Below are positions 13,221-29,568 of a DNA stretch of 64,000 bases, piece after piece. The DNA is from Octopus vulgaris (Eukaryota): the NCBI GenBank assembly GCA_951406725.2, contig OX597821.1, forward strand, positions 3,534,001 through 3,598,000, in the 5' to 3' direction. Position numbers and translations under genes: made by a program. Under the pieces are notes generated by a model. It was not told the origin of the DNA. It saw only the letters and a list, made by a program, of their open reading frames with translations, and did not search any database. Numbering within the stretch: position 1 is the first letter of the stretch; each line of letters begins with the position of its first letter.

Positions 13221-13580
13221 TGAAGGCGCATGGCTCAGTGGTGAAGGTGCATGGCTCAGTAGTTAGAGCGTCGAGCTTACGATCGGGAGGTTGTGAGCTC
13301 GAATCCCGGACCGGGCTGCTTGCTGTGTTCTTGAGCAAGACACTTTATTTCACGTTGCTCCAGTTCACTCAGCTGTAGAAATGAGTTGCGATGTCACAGG
13401 TGCCAAGCTGTATCGGCCCCTTCACCTTTCCCTTGGATAGCACTGGTGGCGTGGAGAGAGAAGGCCGGTATGCATGGGTGACTGCGGGTCTTCCATAAAC
13501 AACCTTGCCCGGACTTGTGCCTGGGAGGGTAAATTTCTAGGTACAATCCCATGGTCTGTGTCGTGACCGAAGGGGGTCTC
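13221..13580 (+). mobile_element. tRNA-derived SINE family C, first ~21 bp duplicated
   Basis: ggcgcatggctcagtgg..ttagagcgtcg..gagctcgaatcccgga A/B boxes; second copy inverted at 15268-15598. Confidence 0.85.
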
Positions 13581-13589
13581 AGGTCTATG

Positions 13590-13810
13590 TAATGTTAGTT
13601 TCAAGTTTTGGCAAAAGGCCACCAATTTTGGAGCAAGATGTAAGTGGATTATTCGATCGCAATATTCAGCTGGTTCTTATTTCATCGACCCCGAAATGAT
13701 GAAACGCAAACTCGACTCTGGTGTCAGCTGAACTCAGACCGTAAAGAGCGAAGAAACGTCATTAACCCTTTTTCCCTGACGGTAACGATTCTGCCGGGTC
13801 ACCGTCTTTT
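13590..13810 (-). mobile_element. Degenerate SINE family D
   Basis: atcgaccccgaaatgatgaaacgcaaactcgac..gaactcaga similarity to family D. Confidence 0.6.
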
Positions 13811-14794
13811 TGCCTTAATTAATATTACTGTTAATTTAATATATATACTTGAGCTTAACAATGGTGATGATAACGTTGAACAGTTAAGAGAACAATTAAG
13901 AATTTACGTTTAGCATTGATGTGTGTCACACTTCAAGCATTAAGTAAATTTTTTCATGAAATAAGACGAACGATTATCAAGTGAAAATATCAAATAAACG
14001 CACCAGCGTTAATAAAGCACGTGTGATTCAACTATAGAAATTTATGTCGAGCTCTGTTGAAAGTCACACTAATTATGATCCTTTGCTGATTTGGTGAAAA
14101 TGAATTTTTTGTTTGCAGAATAGAATTTATTAATGTTAGTGTTCCTGTTTCAAGTTAACTATGATATTAATTATTGTAATTTAATTTAGTTCAAATTTAA
14201 TGATGTGCATTAGACTTGAAATCATATTACATTCATATGTGCTGTTACATTTACAGGACTAAGTGATAACTATTATATATGTACGAGACTAATCAGAAAA
14301 CGTCTCTGACAGCGTTTTACCTAGTTTCCTTCGCAAACTTCTATTTCCTACCAGATTTCTGCAACAGTTGTCAAATTGTTTAAACAAGTATCTCTTGGAG
14401 AATAACACGCCTGTTAGCTTTAATGATTCAGTCGGTTTATGTTCAAGTCCAAAACAATTTCGACGCTTTCATATAAATTTGATTTAAACCTCTCAGTTCT
14501 ATGGCCGACTAAACACAGAGAACACATCAGTGTGTGAAGTAATTTCTGTGGCAGTTTTATCAATTTGCCGCGTAGTTGACTGTAACCAAGCAAGATGCAA
14601 ACACATCATTTTGACAAGTAATATACCCGGCACTGAATTGGTTTGGTCAATACTGAAGACAAAAACATTTAAAGTAAAATTTATGTTGGTATATCAAAGT
14701 GAATTTAGTAATCCATATATATAAGTAGGTATAAGTATATTTATATCACTAATATATACATACAAATGTATGTGTCTGTGTAGAAATAAATATG

Positions 14795-14847
<53 letters not shown>

Positions 14848-15192
14848 GCATACATGATAATAATCATATATATACACACACGTGTGCATATATATGGGAA
14901 TGAAGATAATATGAACAGAATCTAAAGCACACACTTTTATGTACATCATATGTAAGACGATATTAAAATTATGGTGATTAGTAACAGCTATTACACAAAG
15001 CTGTGAAACTGGCAATAGGTATAGAGGAATAGTGCTTGTAATATATGTGTGTTTATATGTATATATAGGAGTGACTGTATGGTAAGTAGCTTGCTTACCA
15101 ACTACATGGTCCCGGGAAACCTACAAAAATTTCTGAACGTACTACTAAACACGAAATCTGCCTCTATTACATGTGACAGATAAATATATATG

Positions 15193-15245
<53 letters not shown>

Positions 15246-15267
15246 ACATATATATATGTATTTTTTT

Positions 15268-15595
15268 AAGACCCCCTTCGGTCATGAATGACCATGGGAT
15301 TGCACCTAGAAAGTTACCCTCCTAGACACAAGTCCGGGCAAGGTTGTTTATGGAAGACCAGCAGTCGCCCATGCATACCAGCCTCCCCTCTCCGCGCCAC
15401 CAGTGTTATCCAAGAGAAAGACAAAGGTCGATACAGCTTGGCACCTGTGACGTCGCAACTCATTTCTACAGATGAGTGAACTGGAGCAACGTGAAATAAA
15501 GTGCCTTGCTCAAGAACACAACACGCAGCCCGGTCCGGGATTCGAGCTCACAACCTCACGATCGTAAGCTCGACGCTCTAACTACTGAGCCATGC

Positions 15596-15598
<3 letters not shown>
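15268..15598 (-). mobile_element. SINE family C
   Basis: Reverse-complement match to 13243-13580; flanked by (TA)n. Confidence 0.85.
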
Positions 15599-15636
<38 letters not shown>

Positions 15637-15683
15637 ATATACATATGTGTGTATATATCTATCTATCTCTGTCTCTCTGTCTA

Positions 15684-15751
<68 letters not shown>

Positions 15752-16083
15752 ATGAGGAAAATAAAACAAGGTAGAAAATGCGAAATTGATTTTATCATGA
15801 AGAACATCTTAGTACTGTTTTTAGTCGTTGCGACTTCTCCATCTTTGAGTGAAGCATGAAAAATAATTAAATTATGGAAATATTAAATGAAATGATTTTT
15901 AAAAATATTTCCATAGTTTTTGAATGCAAAGGACATTTTCTTTGTTACTGTCTGCCTCTGTCTCTCTTTTTTCTACTCATGTGCGGTCTTGGAAGCAGGT
16001 AGTAGGTAGTAGCAGTTCTAATATTTGATATGGTTTCTTGTTTTTTTATTTTTTAAGCAGCAGTAGTAACTGAGAAAGGAGGC

Positions 16084-16183
16084 GAAGAAGAAGAAGAAGA
16101 AGAAGAAGAAGAAGAAGAAGAAGAAGAAGAAGAAGAAGAAGAAGAAGAAGAAGAAGAAGAAGAAGAAGAAGAAGAAGAAGAAG

Positions 16184-16215
<32 letters not shown>

Positions 16216-16229
16216 GAAGAAGAAGAAGA
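16084..16229 (+). repeat. (GAA)n trinucleotide tract, ~145 bp
   Basis: Seen directly. Confidence 0.95.
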
Positions 16230-16234
16230 GGTTT

Positions 16235-16490
16235 CAGTTTTGCTGTCGAGCGTACTTGGGCTAGTATGAGGAGACTTTTTCATAGATTTGGGTTGTCTTT
16301 TGTTCTTTGGAGGATTAAATTAACTCTGTGGTCCCTTTTTAGTAGGGGAATGTTCTGGTGGATGGTATCCAAGGCTTCATTGTTAAGAGGGTTGTGTATG
16401 ATGGTGTATGGTATGGCTTTTGGTTTTAAATTCTTCTCTAATTTGGGCTGCCTGATTTCGTGGATGTTGAGTTGTAGAGCACGTTGAAAG
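16235..16490 (-). mobile_element. Penelope-like RT C-terminal/linker fragment
   Basis: Peptide RALQLNIHEIRQPK..KAIPYTIIHNPLN..IHQNIPLLKRD resembles the IPxxxTxNP linker of Penelope-like elements. Confidence 0.5.
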
Positions 16491-16671
16491 CATATATCAA
16501 TTAGTGATATATATATATATATACTTACCATAGAGATATATGTCTGATTTAGTGAAATGCAATGTGTATATGAAAAATTTATGTAAACATTTAGGCACAA
16601 TATAAGACCATAATGCACCCCTATTGTAAGAAATAAATGTTAAGGCTGTTAGTACTGTATGACGCTCAATA

Positions 16672-16707
<36 letters not shown>

Positions 16708-17544
16708 CTGACAGAGGGGATATGCATATATAGTGATAAATAGACAGATGTATGCATTTTCAGAACAGCTGTAGCATTCAAGTCATGACTATTGGACTTC
16801 ACTCTATCACGTTAAGGATTTCTCATATAGGCTTCCAAGATTGCTTGAAAGAAATACAATTTAAGTTTATTAACGTTTTAGATTCTCTCCATCCCCGTCA
16901 TTATAAAGTTTATCACTAACTATATTAAGATTATTGTGCGTTTCGTAATCATGACATATTCGATGTAGCCGGTGATGACAAGGGTAAAATAACACCTGTT
17001 TATTATCGATAAAGTAAGGACTGGAAGTTTCTTACAGAAAGAAAGCAAGAAGAATAAAGAAATACGCTTAATAACAAAATTGGCAACAAAAACTAAACCC
17101 ATCCATACAGTAGACAGAGAATAAATTACGAAGGTAAACTAGAGTTAACCAATGTTGTAATCATTGCACCTCGAATGCTAACCTTACAACAAATATACTA
17201 CAACACTGTCGCCGTCGATTATCATGTCTTTATTTGGAAGATCAAATGAAGAAATCACTGAAAATTTATGAAACAAGGATCTCCATTATAATTTGTTGCG
17301 GCAATATCCACACAACATATATTCTAATTTTAATGTATATAGGATAGTGCATCGTTCAAGTGAAATATGTTTATGCAATTTCAAATTTACTTATGGCTTG
17401 GAAAAATGAGAAATAATATATCAGATGCAGAGTAATACTAAATTTATTTATATTAGATATAGCATTATTTGGCAAATTGAGAAACGTATATAATTAATGG
17501 TTGCAGGAAAAATTATTAATTGCAACGAATTACCTACTTTTTAC

Positions 17545-17776
17545 TTGTTCCAGTCATTCGACTCCATAAATAGTTGGGCACCGCCTTGGAAAGTTTTATT
17601 TGAACAAATCGACCCCATGACTTCAACCATAATACTTATTCTATCGAACATATTTGCCGAATTGCTAAGATATGGGGATGTAAACACACCAACACCCGTT
17701 GTCAAGCGGTGGTGAGGGACTAACACAGACAAAACATACACGCATAGAAGTATACATACATAGACACGCACACATT

Positions 17777-17824
<48 letters not shown>

Positions 17825-17990
17825 CTATACTATACTATACTCGTCTTTCAGTCTCCGTTTACCAAATTCATTCATAAGGCTTTCGTCGGCTCGAGGCTTT
17901 AGTAGAAGTAAATTGTCGAAAGTGCTGCGCAGTGGGACTGAAACCAGAATGATGTATTTAGGAAGCAAACTTTTTGCCACATAGCCAGGC
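17545..17990 (-). mobile_element. Degenerate SINE family A
   Basis: Tail, central microsatellite and head all recognisable. Confidence 0.8.
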
Positions 17991-18629
17991 TTCCGTAGTC
18001 AGACTATAAGAAATTTACTTATTCATAAGGACAATAGATCTGCAAATGCTGCTATCATACCTTCATGAAACAGAACAGCATAATTATGCTGATTTCTCTT
18101 TTCAAGCTACTTTCAATTCTGTAATATTGAAATACAATATAGAAACGCAAACTACTCTTCTTCGTTTGTTTCACTTTTATATTTGTTGGTGGTTTAGAAC
18201 GACCACTTGCCTTGAAATAACTTTGTTAAACTCCATCGAATTTATAAGTTATCGATTATAAAATGTGAAATGGTAAGATAATGGTTTGAATAGCTTATAG
18301 TAATTAGAAAATTGTTTCATTTATTACTTTCTTATGGTAACTCCTTCCGATATGATCTTTGCCCTTTTTCAACACTTGCCTGTTGAATTCCTTTGATTTG
18401 ATTAATATAACTATGAGAAAGCATAACTACGTCTCGTTCAATTTCATTCACGTGTCGTATTGCATAATTGCAAGCTTACATAATGTTTCAATTTTCTTCT
18501 AAATATCACTAGATGTTTGGAGTAGCAAAAAAATAGGCAAATAAGGAGCCTATATGGGAACACAGCACCTGAAAAATATATGAGTAAAATATCCTCGAAA
18601 TATACCCCACTACTTTTAAAAGAGTTGGA

Positions 18630-18925
18630 AGCATATAACCTAGTGGTTAGATCAGCGGACTCGCGGTCGAGGGATCGCGGGTTCGAATCTCAGACCGGGC
18701 GATATGTGTGTTTATGAGCGAAACACCTAAGCTCCACGTGGCCCGGCAGAAGTTATTGGCGAATTGCTGCTGACTCTTTCGCTACAACTTTCTCTCACTC
18801 TTTCCTCCTGCATCTTGCAGCTCACTTGCGACGGACCGACGCCCCATCCAAGTGGGGAACCTATACGCCAAGAAAACCGGGAAACCGGCCCTTATGAGCC
18901 AGGCATGGTTCGAGAAGGAACGAAC
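18630..18925 (+). mobile_element. SINE family B, tail variant ii
   Basis: tagtggttagatcagcggactcgcggtcgagggatcgcgggttcgaatc head; matches 55720-55979 on the minus strand. Confidence 0.85.
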
Positions 18926-19731
18926 AGAAATTTAAAAGAAAGACAAGATGAGAAGCACGATTGCAACTTTATTGCGGAGAGGAAATTAAGGATGGTTTTC
19001 GATGGATGCATTCGATCGTAGGTACGCCTAATCTTAGCCAGTGTTTAAACGAAACAGTAACGAGCGATTGTAACACAACTAGTAGTGTATGAAGCGACAA
19101 TGTCAACATAAATACACAATTAAGTCAAATTAAAACTAATAAGACAATGCACAAGTCCATTTTCCGCAACTACATTATTAATGTCATTTGAAGGTAATTT
19201 GTAAATATGATGAGGTAAAATACACGCGACTGTGCAATCAGTGACAATGTTTTGCTTTGCTAAGCACAAAGTATTTGTGTGTGAATGTATTCCTGTATAG
19301 TTTGAAGCGGAACAAAGTTGTTTGACACATAAAGGGCAATATAGTAGGCGACCTAAATGAATTGCAACGTACAGCATCAAATAGATTACGAATAATATCA
19401 CTGGATGATTTGAGTAAACATATATTAATTTAGCTGCACATATCGATCTACGAGCCACATTTCCCTTACGAGGAGAAATTTGTGAAACGGTCGGTAGATT
19501 CACAAAGAGTAATAAAGATATATCTGACGGAACGAAAACTACTTTGCAGAAGTTAGTATCTAAATTTCATAAAGGTAACATAATTGACTCAGAATAAGTG
19601 AAAAATTGCAAGGACACCTCCAAAATGATTTGTTTGTGTAGTGAAATAAAAAGGATAGTGATTTAATCCATTCAATTCTTTTCATTTTTAAGAATGTATA
19701 AACAAATAAACAAACAATAATTTTTATCGAG

Positions 19732-19939
19732 AGGAGTCGCTGTGTGGTAATTAGCTCGCTTACCAACCGCATGGTTCCGGGTTCAGTCCCACTGCGTGGC
19801 AACTCGGGCAAGTGTCTTCTACTATAGCCTCGGGCCGACCAAAGCCTTGTGAGTGGATTTGGTAGACAGAAACTGAAAGAAGTCCGTCGTATATATGTAT
19901 GTGTATATATATATATATATATGCATATATATATATATG

Positions 19940-20015
<76 letters not shown>

Positions 20016-20158
20016 TACACATACATATATACGACGGACTTCTTTCAGTTTCTGTCTAGCAAATCAACTCACAAGGCTTTGGTCGGCCCGAGGCTATAGT
20101 AGAAGACACTTGCCCAAGTTGCCACGCAGTGGGACTGAACCTGGAACCATGTGGTTGG

Positions 20159-20192
<34 letters not shown>

Positions 20193-20411
20193 TGTATGTA
20201 TGTATGTGTGTGTGTGTGTGTTTGTCTGTTCCCCAACATCGCTTGACAATCGATGCTGGTGTGTTTACGTCCCTGTAAAATAGCGGTTCGGCAAAAGAGA
20301 CCGATACAATAAGTGTTAGACTTACAAAGAATAAGTCCTGAGGTCAATTTTCTTGACTAAAGGCGGTACTCCAGCATGGCCGCAGTCAAATGACTGAAAC
20401 AAGTAAAAGAG
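19732..20411 (+). mobile_element. SINE family A with an internal inverted duplication of its head
   Basis: Head 19732-19890, (TA)n, inverted head ~20012-20160, (TATG)n, tail 20215-20411. Confidence 0.9.
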
Positions 20412-20786
20412 TTTTAAAAAATAATAAATACACATGAAAAAACAACCACGAACCATACAACCTTGAGTAACATTGACGAGTGGTTTAATATATCAAGTCG
20501 ATCGTTTAGTTCTACTTGATATAAACTTGATATAAACGTTCTATGTGATAGCAAATACCGGCATTTGTTATTGAAACCGATGTATAACCAACCAGTATTT
20601 ATGGGTTTGTATTGTATTCTTCCTTTTATATAGTTACACCTACGACTAGGAGTATCCCAGTCATTATCATGGCACTTGCCACTCACCTACAATAGGTATC
20701 CAATCAACGCTTGGAATTGAACTCAAAGCAAATCAGCATTAAATTTTAACCAGTTAAACCTCAAAGGATACTACAATGAAGTTGTA

Positions 20787-21085
20787 GGCGCAATGGCCCA
20801 ATTGTTAGGGCAGCGGACTGCGGTCGGAGGATCGCGGTTTCGATTCTCAGGCTGGGCGTTGTGTATATTTATTGAGCGAAAATACCTAAAAGCTGCAGGA
20901 GGAGGAGGAGGTGGTAGCGGCGACCAATTTTGTACTCTTTCGCCACAACTTTCTCTCACTCTCTCTTCCTGTTTCTTGAGAAACTCTGCGATGGACTGGC
21001 GTCTCGTCCAGCTGGTGGGGGCGACACATACGCCACAGAAACCGGGAAATCGGGCTCACGAGCCTGACAGGGCTTGAAAAAGGCG
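20787..21085 (+). mobile_element. SINE family B, tail variant iii
   Basis: ggcgcaatggcccaattgttagggcagcggact head; tail matches 45320-45440. Confidence 0.85.
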
Positions 21086-22202
21086 ACATTTATGATTTTT
21101 TTTTACTACGATGAAGAATCTGAAGAAACTCCACCGGTAAATTTGCAATTTCAACGGTTACTAAACTATGCGGTCGAAACATATGTGAGTCTATTTGAAG
21201 TTGTATTTATGTACACAAATGAATTAAATTTAATGCTGATTCATCACAATCCTTATTGTCATTATATACATGCGTGTGTTAAATATCATACCCTCCACTC
21301 TGTATCTGAGTAGTTTTACATCAGAATCATTCTATATATGTATGGACATTTACGTTCTAGATACATAAAACTATCTTCGTAATTATGAGTCAACTATTAT
21401 GTAGAAATAAGTAAGTATACTTTAGTATTTTCATATGACATACCAAAATTGTGTTGGTGAATGGTCTCATGGGTTACTCTAGTACATTTATATGAATAAA
21501 AGCATACAAACATACTCACAAAAACACACAAAGAAAAAATGTGTGTGTGTGTATGTATATATATACATATATATATATAGAATGTGTATGTATATATAGA
21601 ATGTGTATGTATATATATATATATATATATATATTTATGCATACACACATATATATGTATGTATATATATATGCATATACACATATATATACACATACAC
21701 TATATAGTTCATTTTAGATGTGTTCTCATAAAAGAAATCGCCACAACATCTATAATAGGAACAAAGAACTAACATAATAGTAACATAAAAAGTTCATTAT
21801 TCCATTCAATTTCATCATTTAGCATAATTAATATATCAAAACTAATCTCTGAAAGCGTAAACGGCTAACAGAGAGGAAATGAAATAGATAACACAATCGC
21901 AGATGAAAGTATTATATTAGATGAAGGACAAAAAAAAAATTGTGATATTTGATGTGTTAATCATAAGAAAGAAGTGGTTAAAGATATTACATTCTTTGGA
22001 AATTATTTTCTTAAGAAACAATAGGGATACTATTGATCTTGTTATACATTTCAGTCTTGAAAACGTATGTATGTACATATGCATTTATTTATGCGTAGGT
22101 ATACATACTAGAACTTATAATATATATATATATTGCATAAACATATATACATAAATAAATCTGTGTATTCTACACGTAGAAGCTTTATGCTTGTATATAT
22201 AT

Positions 22203-22252
<50 letters not shown>

Positions 22253-22387
22253 ATTATGTATGTATGTATGTATGTATATGTATATATATATATAGTGTGC
22301 TCTGTATTTTGTTTAATTAAATCCTTCCTGTGGTTTCAAACAAAGATACAAAGCTCCATCGTTCAAATGTAGATAATGAAAACAGTG

Positions 22388-22426
22388 TCACATTTTAAAA
22401 TTAATAATAGTCGTGCATTATTATTA

Positions 22427-22521
<95 letters not shown>

Positions 22522-22650
22522 ATTATTATTATTATTCCCGTTACAGATTGTATTAGTATTGTGCTAGTTAGTTCATTGACATCTTGTTCCGAAAATCCAG
22601 TCTTATCGAGAGTATAAGTTAGGCATTTTCTCACAAAACCACGTGCACCG
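22388..22650 (-). mobile_element. 3' end of an older RLE-type non-LTR retrotransposon, split by (TAA)n
   Basis: GARGFVRKCLTYTLDKTGFSEQDVNELTSTILIQSVTG-(ATA)n-CTTIINFKM* aligns with the C-terminus of copies at 58075-58432 and 54630-55230. Confidence 0.7.
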
Positions 22651-25635
<2,985 letters not shown>

Positions 25636-26710
25636 AATGTAAATTTGTAATTTGGCTATAGAAGCTGGAGGTTTCGAAGCAATTGTCCGTAGTTATTCCG
25701 CTTCTCGTCGATTTTCAAAGAGACATTCACATAGAGCTGACGCCTATTGACGGTAGGTACTTTTCTGGTCCATCCCAAACAACATACGGCCTGTTAGGCT
25801 AGATAGATGTTTTCAGAGAATGCCGCACCAGTATTCCTTTTGTTGATGTTTCAGGGTCATTCTCAATATTTATTCCAGTAGAGTCTTTTTACTGAATGGT
25901 TATTCTTAGTATTTTTCTTTTTGCGACAACGTTATGTTATATAGGGAGATAATACCTTCATAATATTCTTGGGCATTTGCAATTTCACATGCGAGAGGCT
26001 TACAAAGAAAAAAAAAGCAGAATCTACATTTCGGTTCCGTCTTGAATCTGCAAGGAGTTCATTGCCTCTTTTGTTTATTAAGTATTTAGTAGCAACCTTT
26101 TGTTCTTTGAATGCAAATGCATAGCCTTCAAAGGGTTATATGAAGTATCGGTCACTAGTCCAAGAGAAGCTTCGCTTCATGTGTATATTACTGCATTTTT
26201 CAAGCCTGCGGAAAACATGCTAAAGCGTGCTCTTTATTCTCCGTATATTGAGCGTTTCACTTCCGGTCTCCTTCGAGGTATATTAGTTTGACAGTTTTGG
26301 ATTCATATGGAAGGTCATCAGGAAGAGAATGCTTCCTCACGAGCTCTCTGCCGACTAATATTATATTGCTTTCTTCACATATCATGACTAATTTAATGTT
26401 TTTTTAAATTTTTGCTGCTGTTGTTTCGCAATTGCTGTCTGAGAGAGACTATACGACATTCGAAGGTTTTCTTTGATCTCAAGCCTCATTTAACTCTGCT
26501 TACGTAGATCCAGTCGATACCGTTATTCCTGAGGAGGTTTTTAGTCGTAGTACCTTCAGGAGTACTACGTCTATGGACTGGATTTCTTCTAGAAACTAGT
26601 CAAGTATCACAGATGTTGTAATCAGCACCGGTACTGCAAATGCATTATGGGACGTTATATTGTGTGAGGAGAGTTCCGACTGCCATATTTTTGGAATCTG
26701 ACAAAATATT
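25636..26710 (-). mobile_element. Older degraded RLE-type non-LTR retrotransposon, upstream part of the 22388-22650 piece
   Basis: RSFSWTSDRY..FEGYAFAFKEQKVATKYL, KCRFC, CPRIL*RYYLPI*HNVVAK, KEYW, NRP, VNVSLKIDEKRNNYGQLLRNLQLL*PNYKFTF. Confidence 0.75.
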
Positions 26711-26756
26711 CTCGAGTCACTCTCTCTCTACTTACTTGCACCTTCATTTAATGTTT

Positions 26757-26990
26757 CCTATTTCTTTACTACCCACAAGGGGCTACACAGAGGGGGGGAC
26801 AAACGAGGACAGACAAAGGGATTAAGTCCATTATATCGACTCTAGTGCGTAAATGGTACTCAAATTATCGACCCCGAAAGGATGAAAGGCAAAGTCGACC
26901 TCGGCGGAAATTGAACTCAGATCGTAGCGGCAGACGAAATACCGCAAAGCATTTCACCCGGCGTGCTAACGTTTCTATCAGCTCTCCGGT
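26757..26990 (-). mobile_element. SINE family D
   Basis: Close match to 655-887. Confidence 0.88.
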
Positions 26991-27199
26991 TTTAATATGT
27001 TTCCATCTATGTCAATGGCGTTTTAATGTAGGACAGGTGAGATTGTGTCAGCAGTTTTGGGTAGTGAGGTATTGATTTGCTTCGTTCAACAATCAAACAT
27101 GAATATTTCTTTTGGACAGCTGAAAATGTTTTAAATACCAGCTGTTTTATGGTATTGGATTATATAAGCCTTAGTTAATGCATGGTGATCTCTTACAGA

Positions 27200-27650
27200 C
27201 TTTATGTTCGTCCCCGAAACTTACCAGTTCGGCAAAAGAGGACGACATAATAAGTACCAGGGTTTTAAAAAATCAGTCTTGAAGGCGATTTGTTCGACTA
27301 AAAACGCGGTTCTCCAGCATGGCCGCAGTCAAATGGCTAAAACAATTAAAAGAATAGAATAATAAAAGTATATATATATACATATATATATAATGTTTGT
27401 GTGTGTATATTTGTACTTATGTTTCTCTTCCTACTGTTGCTCAACAGATGTTGGTTTGTTTACATTCTATTTAACTTAACAAATCAGCAATAGTAATTAT
27501 TAGGTTAGCCTTGCTGAAACAAAACAATCATAAAAAGACAGAAAAATAAACCCAAGAGGCGGCAGAGATGATCTGTGCAGCTACGGTCCTTCAAAACTCT
27601 ATCGTAGCAGGGCTGCAGTTCAATGATAGAAACTAATAAAAGATAAATGG
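27200..27650 (+). mobile_element. Two degenerate SINE family A 3' halves
   Basis: gttcggcaaaagag..ccagcatggccgcagtcaaatgg and a second, more diverged tail. Confidence 0.65.
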
Positions 27651-27999
27651 TATAAAAAATAAGCAAATATTGACGCTAGAAGTTTCACGAGGTCGAAATG
27701 AGTCCCTCAATGAAACTTAGTTCTCACTGGATATAGTAAGTAAATTAATAAATATGCTAAAAGTTAAAGCGTTTCCAGAACATATAAGCCACCGCAGCAT
27801 ATGAGTAAAGTCAGTAAACAGGAATGTCTATCGATAGCTCAGAAGTTAGAATGTAAGGACGTCAGGAATTTATGCTTGTACAAGCTCAAGTAGTCCGACA
27901 GTTTATTTCTGAAGCAAACGATATACTAGTTTCTGCAAAACCATAAACAGCATAGATACAATTACTTTTCTATAAGGTGGAATTATGTGGCATACTTAC

Positions 28000-28005
28000 A
28001 GGAAA
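28000..28005 (-). other. Candidate 6-nt microexon
   Basis: Minus strand attgttttctttcAG|TTTCCT|GTAAGT. Confidence 0.3.
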
Positions 28006-29180
28006 CTGAAAGAAAACAATCTGATATGCGTTTATACACAAGAGATTGGACAAGCATATTTCATTAATTTTGGACTTGATAATGATATACAGAACACAAT
28101 GCTAAAATCTATAAAAAAACGTATATGACGTCACATTCCACAAATAACTATTCTCAAGATATGAAGAAAATGGTCAATGATCAAAATCCAAACCCAGTAA
28201 AAATAACACATCTAACAAAGAGCTTATCCCACTGGAGTTTCATCCGAAAACGTAGTTGCAACATAAACTAATAGAAACCACTTCATTAAAACGATGAGTT
28301 CGTGAATGTATTGAAAAGTTGAATAAACCGGGATATTTGCTACAGCAAATACAGAATAGTTAAACACACAACACACAAGGACATGTATACATATCTTCAT
28401 GAACATATATATTTATATATAGTCAAAATATCCGAGAAAAGATTTTTGTGGAACGTGATGAATTGAAGTAAAAAGATACAAAGAAAAACATACACAGTAA
28501 TTTTATGTCGGAAACATTTAAAATGTGTGTGCCTGTGTATATATATATCAAAAGAAGGAACAAGTATATCCAAGCTAGAGTAGTACCATTGTTTCATGCT
28601 ACTTCATTTTATTAATCACTGTAAGTATTACATCAGTTTCAAAATGTTGAGCAATCTTCAGCCACTTACAGCATTTTCCAATTAAATGGACAATGCACAT
28701 TCTTATCCCTATTTCATTTGCCAACATTATAAAGAGGGTAGATATATGAACAGAGAGGTTTATTTCATTCTTAAGAACATGATAGTAGTATGTTCACTCT
28801 TCGTCTGTAGATTTTATGATTGAGTTCACTTTGTTATTTAGAACTGTCAGTGGGGAGGGTTTTTTTTTCTATTTATAGATATAGAAATGGGTAGTATAAA
28901 TGTCAAAACCATAAACCCATTCCCATTTTGAGGAATTCAGTTTAGATATATTTGAATGTATTATAGCAAAAAGCTAGTAGGTTGAAGTTAGAGGGGTAGG
29001 GGGAATAGAGACTACTAATGCTCTAGAGGTTTTCAATGTCTCTTACCATTTAACAGCCAGATTCTATATTAAGAAATTTAAGTAAATATCCTTTAGATAA
29101 TTTTCTAAAGGATTTCAATAAATATAAGTATCATATATAGGGATAGAAAATATAGAAATCATTTCATATTTATATAAATA

Positions 29181-29568
29181 CTAGCAGTATCGTCCGGCGT
29201 TGCTCGGGTTTGTTTCGACCCACTGGAATTGGAATTTTTGAAAAGTAAAAATTTTGCATGATGTAGCTTGTTATTCTCTTCAAGTGAACATTTTTCTGGT
29301 TGAAATACACCGACAAGTGGCGACACAGAACTGAAAAAATCGTAAAAAGTAGGGATTTTCATAGAAAAAAGCACCTTCTTGATGTAAATAATTTTTGGTG
29401 TTAATATGGTCCGATTTGAATTTTATCTTCTACGGAAGGAAGAGCAACCCTTCTATCATACTCTCAATTTTGGTCAACTTGTGCCGCAGGGTCTCAGAGG
29501 AGATAGTGTTAGTTGAAGGCTACCAAACCTGGCGCACACAGACAACTTCAACTTTATATAGAGAGAGA
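29181..29568 (-). mobile_element. Non-autonomous Helitron
   Basis: Minus strand begins A|TCTCTCTCTATATAAAG and ends with hairpin cccgagcaacgccgg then atactgCTAG|T (TC start, CTRR end, A|T target). Confidence 0.8.

Noticed and set aside
13243-13315. tRNA-like sequences here and at the heads of SINE A and B copies
   Set aside because: They continue into SINE bodies and lack a proper acceptor stem, so they are not tRNA genes.
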